Source: Candidatus Heimdallarchaeum endolithica
GTDB taxonomy: Archaea > Asgardarchaeota > Heimdallarchaeia > Heimdallarchaeales > Heimdallarchaeaceae
Direction: 5' to 3'
Assembly (NCBI GenBank): GCA_021513715.1
Contig: CP084167.1
Location: 1,696,001 to 1,760,000, forward strand
Length of the DNA: 64,000 nt
Within the stretch, counting starts at the first letter, position 1, and each line of letters opens with the position of its first letter. Positions 10,058 through 18,695 of this stretch are shown here, piece after piece. A program made the translations under genes and the position numbers. The notes below the pieces were generated by a model, which did not search any database, was not told the origin of the DNA, and saw nothing but the letters and a program-made list of their open reading frames with translations.

Positions 10058-10858
10058 ATGGCTACAATGGAAAAACAAAAAGATAATGAATTCGAGCAAA
10101 TTAATCTTGAAAAATTAAAAGAAGAAAAAAAAATATCAGAGGATAAACTTAAGCTTATTGAAGCTAGTATTAAAGGATTAAAAGTTTCAGAAGAAGAACT
10201 GAAGTCCACGAAACCTATCGTTAGAGAGGAAGCAAGATTAGAGCTAACAGAAGACACAAAGATTAGGCTAATTAAAGAATTTGAGCAAAGTTTACCTGAT
10301 TGGGTTAACAAGCCTTGGATGTATGTTACTCCAAAAAAGGCAAACCAAGTTGAGTCATGGTTAGATAGTTGGTCATCAGTCATGCTTGATTACACAAAGA
10401 GATTCGTCATCCATATTGTAAATGTCAATTCTCTTAGAGAGACTTATCCTTTTAGCAATAAGAAAATAAAAAAAGAACTAACAATTGATCAGATTCGTGA
10501 TATCATCGATTTTCTTGAAACAAAGGGATTTGCTCTTTGGATAAACGATAGAACTAAATTCTTTGAAAAACTTTTGGCAAAAATACTTGGAAAGCCTTTA
10601 ACTAAAAAGATTCGTGCAAAGATTGAATGGAAAACAAAGGAAGAATTTGCTGAAGATTTACTTAAATGGATGATTGAAACAGGAAGAGTGGTTGAAGTTC
10701 ACTCTTTATATGACTTAACAAGATATGAACAACCTTGGTCTTCCTTACCTTCTGATGATTTAATCAACGTATGTAATTTACTTGTAGAAAAAGGATCAGC
10801 TAGATGGTTAAATAGAGAAAAAACAATAATTGCTTTCGAAGCGACCAAAGTTTTTTAA
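10058..10858 (+). CDS. ESCRT-II Vps25-like protein
   Basis: PWMYVTP...SWLDSWSS...YPFSNKKIKKELT and WKTKEEFAEDLLKWM match the Vps25 tandem winged helices; ESCRT operon context. Confidence 0.82.
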   Translation: MATMEKQKDNEFEQINLEKLKEEKKISEDKLKLIEASIKGLKVSEEELKSTKPIVREEARLELTEDTKIRLIKEFEQSLPDWVNKPWMYVTPKKANQVESWLDSWSSVMLDYTKRFVIHIVNVNSLRETYPFSNKKIKKELTIDQIRDIIDFLETKGFALWINDRTKFFEKLLAKILGKPLTKKIRAKIEWKTKEEFAEDLLKWMIETGRVVEVHSLYDLTRYEQPWSSLPSDDLINVCNLLVEKGSARWLNREKTIIAFEATKVF

Positions 10859-10940
10859 TCTTGATTTTTGGTTCACCACCTTTTTTTGTGTTATAATGCT
10901 ATGTTTAAAAATTATATATGAAATAGACTTTTGAGATAAT

Positions 10941-11339
10941 ATGTCTTTAGACGATGAAGAATTACAAAGAATTAGAGAAAGAAAAGCACAGCAACTTAAA
11001 CAGATATTAGAGCAAAGAAAATCTAAAATGGAACAATTAAAGCAAGAGGAAACAGCACCAAAAGGAATTACAAAAGATGACAAATATCGCTTAATGAACT
11101 ATTTTCTCACAGATGATGCTTTCACTTACTGGAAGAGTTTATATGAAAATCCAGAAAAGCATAATACTGCTGAAACAATTTTCATTAATCTGCTCTATTT
11201 AATCAAAATTGGCTTTATGGAAGGTAAACTTATTTCCCTATTAGGTATTAAAAAATTGGAGAGAAAAATCGATAATATTCCTTCTAAAATCACAATTAAG
11301 CGAAAAGGAGAAAAAGAGAAATCTAAAATTTTGGATTAA
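10941..11339 (+). CDS. PDCD5-like (dsDNA-binding family) protein, divergent
   Basis: DDEELQRIRERKAQQL N-terminus, LTDDA helix and KITIKRK C-terminus. Confidence 0.65.
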   Translation: MSLDDEELQRIRERKAQQLKQILEQRKSKMEQLKQEETAPKGITKDDKYRLMNYFLTDDAFTYWKSLYENPEKHNTAETIFINLLYLIKIGFMEGKLISLLGIKKLERKIDNIPSKITIKRKGEKEKSKILD

Positions 11340-11415
11340 CAATTAGTTTTTAATTATTAGGTTACATTTATTTACTATAATGAAAATAAAGTATTAAAAA
11401 GGAGTTGGTGGATAA

Positions 11416-11652
11416 ATGAAGTTAAGTATTGTCACCGCAATAGGAGGAGGTCTTTTAGAATTAGATGTTGACAGCCATCAAACAATTGCACAACTTAAAA
11501 GAGAAGTTTCAAGAATGAAAAAAATACCTGCAAATACTGTTATTTTAGTTCATCATGGTCAACAATTAGATGATGGTGAAACAATTAAGAGTTGTGGCTT
11601 GCAAGAAGGAGATAAACTCTATCTAATTGCAAGAACTAAAGGTGGATTTTAA
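11416..11652 (+). CDS. Ubiquitin-like protein
   Basis: Beta-grasp pattern TIAQLK...GQQLDDGETIKSCGLQEGDKLYL, ending RTKGG-F. Confidence 0.92.
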   Translation: MKLSIVTAIGGGLLELDVDSHQTIAQLKREVSRMKKIPANTVILVHHGQQLDDGETIKSCGLQEGDKLYLIARTKGGF

Positions 11653-11728
11653 GTTCTCTTATTTTAAAATTTTTTTAGAAGAATAGAAACTATTTTATTG
11701 CTTGTAAAAGATTTTTTTGTGAAAGTAG

Positions 11729-12733
11729 ATGTCTAAAGAAGGTAGATACGCAAGACAGACTCTCATACCTGGTTGGGACCAGAAGAAGCTTAACAAATCA
11801 ACAGCTATTGTTGTTGGTGTAGGAGCTATAGGATCTTATGTGGCAACTATTTTAGTTTCTTCAGGAGTAAAAAACCTTATTCTAATTGATTTTGACACCA
11901 TTGAAATCTCTAATCTTAATCGTCAGTTACTATTTCGGGATAAAGACATAGGAAAATCAAAATCTGAAATTGCAGCTATAAGATTGTCTGAATTGAATCC
12001 CGATATTAACATTAGTTTTTATCATGAGAAGATGCAAAATGTACCTATTTCTATTTATAAAAAGTCAGACATAATCGTTGCTTGTCTTGATACCTTCATT
12101 GGAAGAAGATGGATAAACTCACTTGCTGTTAAGATAAATAAACCTTTAATTTTAGGGGGAATGTTTGCTTTTTTGGGAGATGTTCAAGTTGTTTTACCAA
12201 AAAAAACTGCTTGTTTCGAATGTCAACCTTTAGTAGCAGAAAGAGAACTTGCTCAAGCATGTACTCCCTTCGGTGAAGAAAGAGAAAAAGATAGAAAAGA
12301 CAAAGAAGAAGAAGCAAAACTACCTTCCGTAGCCACATTGTCTGCGATTATTGGGGGGATTATGGCACAAGAAGCCTTGAAACTTCTTTTAAACATAGGC
12401 GAACCAATTAAGAATTATCTGTTTTATGACGGATTACACAATGCAACAACGATAATTGAACTTGCAAGAAGAGAAAAGGATTGTCCAACTTGTGGAGAAT
12501 TATATGAACTAGAGCAAGTTGAATTTGTAGTAAACAAAAATAACACAATAAAAGAATTATTGGTTCAATTAGGATTACAATTTGGACTTGAGAATCCAGA
12601 TATCATGATTAAAGGAAAAATACTCCCTCATGATTCAAAAATCCAAGAACTAGGTATTAGAAACAACATGAAAGTGTTTGTAATGGATAAGAATTTAGCC
12701 TCACCAATCAAGTTGAAGTTAAAAATAGAATAA
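11729..12733 (+). CDS. Ubiquitin-activating E1-like enzyme with C-terminal ubiquitin-fold domain
   Basis: RYARQ, GVGAIG, SNLNRQLLF, two CxxC zinc pairs and a candidate catalytic Cys in QACT. Confidence 0.9.
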   Translation: MSKEGRYARQTLIPGWDQKKLNKSTAIVVGVGAIGSYVATILVSSGVKNLILIDFDTIEISNLNRQLLFRDKDIGKSKSEIAAIRLSELNPDINISFYHEKMQNVPISIYKKSDIIVACLDTFIGRRWINSLAVKINKPLILGGMFAFLGDVQVVLPKKTACFECQPLVAERELAQACTPFGEEREKDRKDKEEEAKLPSVATLSAIIGGIMAQEALKLLLNIGEPIKNYLFYDGLHNATTIIELARREKDCPTCGELYELEQVEFVVNKNNTIKELLVQLGLQFGLENPDIMIKGKILPHDSKIQELGIRNNMKVFVMDKNLASPIKLKLKIE

Positions 12734-12743
12734 AAAGAGAAAA

Positions 12744-13469
12744 TTAAGTATGTGATAAACCAGGAAAATAGTATTTTGTTCCTTCAGCATAGGAACTATC
12801 AACTCTTGCTATACCACTTTCTTCGAAAAACGATAAACAACGATTAATTCTTTCTTCTGCCCACCCTGTCCGAAGTAACAGATCTTCTTTTGTTACAAAA
12901 CCTGTTCTAGAGGCCATATTTAATATCACATCATGATCTGGGCTAAACTCAACAGGTGCAAATTCAACTAATTTTACACCAGATTCTAAAACTTTGAAAG
13001 GTGGGATTAATTTTGAATTTATTAATTTATCTAGTGAACGATATAAATCATCAATTGTAACTAGTTTTCCTGGTCTTGCTTTATTTAGTTGGGTAAAAAG
13101 TTCTCCTACAGACATAATTCCTCCATTTTCTTCTATAAGTTTTTGACCTAAATCCATTATTTCGTTTGCTAAAACATCATAGAAGCCTTTTCCTGTCAAT
13201 CTGTCTTTTAGAGTTGGTGCTTCTTTCCATTCATATCTACCTATTTCCGTAGGCAATCCGAGCTCTTCTCGAAGGCCAGCTAATTTTTCATAATATTCTT
13301 TATTTTCAACAATCTTATCTCCATATTTCTTTTCAAATTTCTTTAGTTGTTTTTTTACTTGCTTAATATTTTCCAGCATTTGTTCTAATTCTTTTATCAT
13401 TAATTCGGCTTCTTTAACTTGGAAAGCTGATTTCACTTTTAATTTCTTTTCAATATCTCTCAAGCCCAA
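12744..13469 (-). CDS. ESCRT-II Vps22/36 (EAP30)-like protein
   Basis: FYDVLANEI...ENGGIMSVGEL...TIDDLYRSL...TGWAEERI...YYFPGL. Confidence 0.88.
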   Translation of the reverse strand: MGLRDIEKKLKVKSAFQVKEAELMIKELEQMLENIKQVKKQLKKFEKKYGDKIVENKEYYEKLAGLREELGLPTEIGRYEWKEAPTLKDRLTGKGFYDVLANEIMDLGQKLIEENGGIMSVGELFTQLNKARPGKLVTIDDLYRSLDKLINSKLIPPFKVLESGVKLVEFAPVEFSPDHDVILNMASRTGFVTKEDLLLRTGWAEERINRCLSFFEESGIARVDSSYAEGTKYYFPGLSHT

Positions 13470-13540
13470 CTTTAATCACTATTTTTTATTTGTCAGTGAG
13501 ATATAAAAAATATACTATTTAAATTAGCAATTATTCAGAG

Positions 13541-13849
13541 CTAAAAAAGAAGAGGAAGCCTTCTAATCCATTCTTTAATTGAATTTGTGAGTTTTTTAGA
13601 TTCATTTGGAGGAAGAAAAGCAGCTAGTTTATTCTTATATTTTTTGTATAGCTTCTGATAAACACTATCCATTTCATCAACAATTGTATCATTTACTAAA
13701 TTGATTTTCTTAACAAGGTGCTTTATTTCTTCTAGTTCCTCTAAAATATATGAGCAGTCTATTTTTATTTCTAAGAGATCCATCAATTCAAATAAACTAT
13801 CCTTTGCTTTATTATAGGTATTTTCCAAAGATTTTCTCCTAGAAATCAT
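13541..13849 (-). CDS. Helical protein, possible stand-alone Vps28 C-terminal-like domain
   Basis: Aligns by eye with the C-terminal domain of the neighbouring gene (ELMDLLEIK vs ELIDLTRLK). Confidence 0.5.
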   Translation of the reverse strand: MISRRKSLENTYNKAKDSLFELMDLLEIKIDCSYILEELEEIKHLVKKINLVNDTIVDEMDSVYQKLYKKYKNKLAAFLPPNESKKLTNSIKEWIRRLPLLF

Positions 13850-13886
13850 GGCTACTCCTCTAAAAAGGGTGGATAAAAAGATAGAG

Positions 13887-15305
13887 TTACATATCTTTTA
13901 GAATCCGTCTAAATTCGTTTAACCATCTTGATGCTTGAAATTCTAGTTTATCACAATCATCTTCATTTATTATCTCATTAGGTTTATAATTTGAGAGAAT
14001 ATCTTTCCAGTTTTTCATATCTTCCATCATCCAATGATCTTGCGGAATAGAAGGAAATGAATGTAACACATGAATTAGTTCTTCTACATCAGATAACAAT
14101 AGATCAGCACGCGCAACAGATTTAAGTCTTGTTAGATCAATTAATTCAATTGCAGCAGAAACAAAATCTGCTGTTTTTGCAGGCATTTTCTTCAAGGATT
14201 CAAATGGTATCATCTCTACATCTTTCGCTCCTGTTCCCTCTGCCATTTGTAACAATCTCATTCCTTTATCAAACCTATTAAACAGATTTTCTCTTTCAAC
14301 AAATGAATCAAGATCAAATCCGCCTAAATCTTCTAATTTCATTCTTGTTTTGAATACTGTTCTTATTAATGATCTTAGCTGTTTCTTATATGCAACTTGT
14401 TCAATTTCGCCATTTTCATATCCCCTTGCCAGATTATCTAGTGTTACAATTGCTGCATATAAATCAGCTTCAAAATCCAATCTTTTTTCCAAATCAATAG
14501 GCATTACTTGTCCTCCAACATTTTCTAAATAAGCTATTTTTTTATTTGTCTTATAACTTTCCACTGAATATTTCCTATATAGTTTCAAGTAATCAACACT
14601 TGAAAGATCTCCATCATCAAATTTCTCATTTAACAGCTCTAATAAATCATTTGATGCTCTTGAACTTGCTTTTAGATCATCTAATACTGAAATTGTAAGT
14701 TCTTTTAATGAATGAGAAGGTTCAGCTTTTTTGATAAGAGCAGCTCTTTTTTTCTCTATCTGCTTATTTAATTCGTTTATTTGATGCTGATATGCTTCTA
14801 TTTCAGCTTCTATAGTGCTTTTTTCAATTGATGTTTGGCTCCTTTCGTTAAAGGTTGGAACACTTTGTTTGCTCACAGTATGATGAGAAACTGTTCTTGG
14901 TTCTATAGGTTGAACTACAGACCTAGACACACTCCTAGCTGTAGACATATGTTTAGTCCTTAACGGTCTCGCAGGAACATTAGCGAACAATCGTCGAACA
15001 TCATTTATAACTTGATATATATGATAACGTGGTTTCCATTGAGCTAGTATTTGTAAACTAAGAAAATCATTATCATCAACATTAGGATGATTTACTTTAG
15101 GAGTGATCTCAACTTGAGGAGGAATCCTTGGGAATTCTGGAGAAATATATATTGTAGCATAGACAGTAATATTAGTTCCTTGAATTATTCCTACAGGTCC
15201 TTTCCACTTTCGCAAATTGCCTCCAACTGGTTCAAAACCTTCAACATTATTATAAATTAATTGCATCTCATTAGCAAGAATCTGATCTAGAGAAATTTGT
15301 CTCAC
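13887..15305 (-). CDS. ESCRT-I fusion: UEV - coiled coil - steadiness box (Vps23) - Vps28
   Basis: UBC fold with HPNV but Ser at the catalytic Cys position (FLSLQIL); SB motif DGDLSSVDYLKLYR; Vps28 motif ADLYAAIVTLDNL. Confidence 0.88.
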   Translation of the reverse strand: MRQISLDQILANEMQLIYNNVEGFEPVGGNLRKWKGPVGIIQGTNITVYATIYISPEFPRIPPQVEITPKVNHPNVDDNDFLSLQILAQWKPRYHIYQVINDVRRLFANVPARPLRTKHMSTARSVSRSVVQPIEPRTVSHHTVSKQSVPTFNERSQTSIEKSTIEAEIEAYQHQINELNKQIEKKRAALIKKAEPSHSLKELTISVLDDLKASSRASNDLLELLNEKFDDGDLSSVDYLKLYRKYSVESYKTNKKIAYLENVGGQVMPIDLEKRLDFEADLYAAIVTLDNLARGYENGEIEQVAYKKQLRSLIRTVFKTRMKLEDLGGFDLDSFVERENLFNRFDKGMRLLQMAEGTGAKDVEMIPFESLKKMPAKTADFVSAAIELIDLTRLKSVARADLLLSDVEELIHVLHSFPSIPQDHWMMEDMKNWKDILSNYKPNEIINEDDCDKLEFQASRWLNEFRRILKDM

Positions 15306-15448
15306 CTTTACTCTTCTATTATGTTATAAACTTCAAAGTTTAAAAAATATTGCATTTGAAAAAAGAGTTTCTTTTTGCGTATCTAAAAGATTTAATAAAA
15401 AACTTGATTGCAATTAGAAATAAATTTCATATTTAGGAACAAAACTTT

Positions 15449-15991
15449 TCATTTTTTATTTTTCACTAAAAGCGTAGCTAGTTGTACAAATGCTTCTTGA
15501 ACATGTTCTCCAGTAAGAGCACTTGTTTTTATGAAATCCAAACTATTAATTTTGTTTTGCAATGATTTACATTCATCATCAGAAACAGCGATTTTGTCTT
15601 CTAAATCATTTTTATTTCCAACTAAAATAGTTAGGGTATTCTTTCCACAATTCTTAACAAGTTCAGAGTTCCACTTTTCTAGATCAGTTAGTGTGGAATT
15701 TCTAGTTAAATCAAAAACCATTAACGCTGCTTTTGCTCCTTTAAAGAAAGTATGTCTTATAAACCTAAATCTATCTTGCCCTGCTAGATCCCAAATTGAA
15801 AGAGCTACAACTGTATTATCTTTTAACGTAACGAATTTCTCACTTGGTTCCATACCTATTGTCATCAGATAACTTTGTTCAAAACGATTATGAACGAAAC
15901 GTTGTACTAGAGATGTTTTTCCTACAGCTGCTGCACCTAACAGGAGTATTTTAAAATTAAAATCTGGACGAATTGAACGCATTATTCTCAA
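15449..15991 (-). CDS. Rab-like small GTPase
   Basis: GAAAVGKT, WDLAGQDRF, NKND and TSA motifs; no C-terminal Cys prenylation motif. Confidence 0.93.
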   Translation of the reverse strand: MRIMRSIRPDFNFKILLLGAAAVGKTSLVQRFVHNRFEQSYLMTIGMEPSEKFVTLKDNTVVALSIWDLAGQDRFRFIRHTFFKGAKAALMVFDLTRNSTLTDLEKWNSELVKNCGKNTLTILVGNKNDLEDKIAVSDDECKSLQNKINSLDFIKTSALTGEHVQEAFVQLATLLVKNKK

Positions 15992-15994
15992 CTT

Positions 15995-16291
15995 TTACAT
16001 TTTTTTTGCTTTAACAAGTTCTTCTTTTAAACTCTTAAGATAGTGTTGTTCAAACCTTTCTTCTGCTCGTTTAATTGTGGTAAGAGAGATGCAGAGGTCT
16101 AGTATAAACTCGTATTGCTCTTTCTTCTCTTTTTGTGGTTTAAATGCTTTAAATTTCTTTAACAAATGTTCTGCTAACTTTGATGCTTCTTTTTTTGTCA
16201 ATGTTCCTTGTTCATATAAATTAATAATTAACTCCATTTTTTCGATGGTAACATCATTATTAATTTCTTTTAGCGACAAGATTTTACTCAT
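15995..16291 (-). CDS. Hypothetical helical protein co-transcribed with the GTPase
   Basis: 98 aa; 3-bp gap to the GTPase start. Confidence 0.7.
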   Translation of the reverse strand: MSKILSLKEINNDVTIEKMELIINLYEQGTLTKKEASKLAEHLLKKFKAFKPQKEKKEQYEFILDLCISLTTIKRAEERFEQHYLKSLKEELVKAKKM

Positions 16292-16352
16292 ATACTATCT
16301 ATTCATTTTTTTCTGTTAATATATGTTTTGCTGTTAAACTGTTTAGAAAATT

Positions 16353-16370
16353 ACTACTGGGGTTTATAAG
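16353..16370 (-). promoter_or_regulatory. TATA box with downstream motif TTATAAACCCCAGTAGT
   Basis: Near-identical to TTATAAACCCAGTAGT at 18474-18489. Confidence 0.5.
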
Positions 16371-16508
16371 CAAATAAAAATCAAATACTTTCTTATTGAA
16401 TCTTTAGTAAGAGAATTAAACAAAAACAACCTCAAAAAAGTAAAAAAATAAAAATAGAACTATTTTTTGGGTGAAATATAAATTTAAAAACAGAAAAAAA
16501 ATTTAGGG

Positions 16509-17219
16509 ATGATGACAAAAAAAACAATACTTGCTTGTTTTGCTCATCCAGATGATGAATTAGGTTGTATTGGAACCTTAGCAAATCATGCGAAAAATGG
16601 AGATAGGGTTGTAATTGCTTGGACAACTAGTGGAGAAATGGCTTCTTTTTTTGAAGGAATGAGTTTTGACGAGGTAAAAGAGATAAGAGAAAAACAAGGA
16701 AAAGAAATTGGTAAAATTATTGGAAGTAATGTAGAAACTATTTTTTTAGGTTATGGCGATACAGAAGTTATCCCCACAAGAGAAAATGCAATTAAAATGG
16801 CCAAAATTATTGCTAAAATCAAACCAGACGCTGTAATTAGCTGGGGATTCAATAACAGGCACCCAGACCATAGAGGAACAGTACAGTTATTGTATGACGC
16901 TATGACATATGCTAGAATCCCAAGAATAACAAACCCTGACCCCCCGCATAGACCGCCATTTCATATTCCTATGTTCTTATATTATGAGAAAATCAGCCCT
17001 TTGCGAACAGTTTACGTTGATATCAGCGAGACCTATCCTCAAGTGGAAAAAGCATTTAAGCTTTATGCTGATTTCTATGGATGGTCAGTAAAAGATTGGA
17101 TTCATGTAAGAAGAAGAACAGATGGTATGGATTGTGGAGTAAAATTTGCAGAGAAATTTAATGTTTTTTCAAGATATGAACCCTATTCATCACTATTACC
17201 TATAAATAATGATGAATAG
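16509..17219 (+). CDS. PIG-L/LmbE family deacetylase
   Basis: AHPDDE, TSGE and HPDH motifs. Confidence 0.9.
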   Translation: MMTKKTILACFAHPDDELGCIGTLANHAKNGDRVVIAWTTSGEMASFFEGMSFDEVKEIREKQGKEIGKIIGSNVETIFLGYGDTEVIPTRENAIKMAKIIAKIKPDAVISWGFNNRHPDHRGTVQLLYDAMTYARIPRITNPDPPHRPPFHIPMFLYYEKISPLRTVYVDISETYPQVEKAFKLYADFYGWSVKDWIHVRRRTDGMDCGVKFAEKFNVFSRYEPYSSLLPINNDE

Positions 17220-17257
17220 ACAGAATTAAAAAAAAACAGCGTTAATATTTTCTTTTT

Positions 17258-17890
17258 CTATTTATCATCAGTATTTTGCTTCTCTTCTTTTTCTTCGTCA
17301 TTTTCTTCATTGTCTTCTTCAAAAAAGTCATCATCAAACATTAATACACTATCTAAAACTGAATCAAGTGAAGGTCTTTCAGGAGGAGTTAGAGGTATGT
17401 CTCCTTTATCAGCAACAGAAATATCTAAAGATGAAAGATCAGCTCTCGCTCTTCTTCTTGCCGTAGGAGATGTACTTACATATTGGATATTTTTTAACAT
17501 TGATTTAACTGAACTGATTTCTTCTTTCAAGTCTTGCAGAGAACTGAGCGCATTAATTTTTTCTAAAAGTTCATCTACTTTTTCTAACTCTTTTTTAGTT
17601 TTCTCTTCAAACTTTTTACTTGTTTCAGTTATTTTTGCAAATTGACCATCAGTTATATTTATTCGTCTAGAAATTGAGGGTTCAGTGGGTTTAAAAAATA
17701 ATGCAGGAGAAGCTTTTAGTTCTTCAAGAGAACCAAATTTTTCGCTATGGTGAGCCTTGATTGACGCAAGAATAGCAGTTATAGGATTTCCGTATTCAGT
17801 CATTAAATCTTCAATCATATCCCATATTGCTACAGGAATTGGTACTTCTATTATTCTAGCTATTCTTTGCTTCTTTTTTTGAGAATACAT
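17258..17890 (-). CDS. Hypothetical protein (RHH-like N-terminus, coiled coil, acidic tail)
   Basis: Composition and heptad pattern only. Confidence 0.65.
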   Translation of the reverse strand: MYSQKKKQRIARIIEVPIPVAIWDMIEDLMTEYGNPITAILASIKAHHSEKFGSLEELKASPALFFKPTEPSISRRINITDGQFAKITETSKKFEEKTKKELEKVDELLEKINALSSLQDLKEEISSVKSMLKNIQYVSTSPTARRRARADLSSLDISVADKGDIPLTPPERPSLDSVLDSVLMFDDDFFEEDNEENDEEKEEKQNTDDK

Positions 17891-18126
17891 TACTTTCTAC
17901 CAAACTAATTAGTGTTTTGAGTATTTAATTAAAGACCGCTAATTTACAATCTCTGATAATACTTCTCCGTATATAAATATACTTTTTAATCTACTAAAAC
18001 AAAAAATGACAAATATTAAACAATAAGAAACATTTTCCCTTAATTAAAAAACATAAACAGTAAGAATAAGAAGATAAAGTAGAAAGGAAGGATCCTTTCT
18101 CTCTCTCCCTTTAAATTTAATTTATA

Positions 18127-18399
18127 CTATGCAGTGTCTGTTACTTTGCTTTCTTCGTGTAGGAAATCAAAAGTTTCACGTAACTCAGGAGCTAAGTAAT
18201 AATAGACTGACCGCATATCAGATAGATTAGACATTTTCTTTAGAATGCCTTTTTCTAGAAGGCGCCTAATACCATAACGAACAGTTCGTTCTGGTTGTTC
18301 TACAGATGCTAAGATCTGTTTCTGTGTCATTGGTCCTTTTTCGTCCAATACTTTTATTATATCTTCTCCGCCTCGGGGTAATTTTCGTCTTTTCATCAT
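18127..18399 (-). CDS. Winged-helix (MarR-like) transcription regulator
   Basis: GPMTQKQI...RTVRYGIRRLLEKGIL...DMRSVYY; GGTGA SD upstream. Confidence 0.88.
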   Translation of the reverse strand: MMKRRKLPRGGEDIIKVLDEKGPMTQKQILASVEQPERTVRYGIRRLLEKGILKKMSNLSDMRSVYYYLAPELRETFDFLHEESKVTDTA

Positions 18400-18420
18400 G
18401 ATTCACCTTTTTTTGTTCAT

Positions 18421-18584
18421 CTAGTGTTTCTACACTAGCTTTTACACGTGCATATTGAGCGTAACTCAATCAAACTACTGGGTTTATAAACTTTTGCCTA
18501 GTCCGAGAGCATATCTACTAATACAATGAATACGTATCATCGCTGCGTATGTTTAAACACACGCACAACTCGGACATAGGAAAA
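18421..18584. promoter_or_regulatory. Palindrome-rich upstream region of the wHTH gene
   Basis: CTAGTGT-N4-ACACTAG (18421-18438), ATTGAG-N5-CTCAAT (18454-18470), TATA at 18483-18490 and a long stem 18492-18507/18569-18584. Confidence 0.55.
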
Positions 18585-18695
18585 CGCCCAAACCCCAAGT
18601 TTATTGAAGTTACTGTTGCTCAGTGTATACTTTCCTCATTTAAATATATAATAATTTCTATATAACAAAACGAAAAAATTAGAAATATTTTTATT

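Noticed and set aside
13887-15305. Active E2 ubiquitin-conjugating enzyme
   Set aside because: The catalytic Cys position is Ser and the domain is fused to Vps23/Vps28 parts, so it is a UEV.
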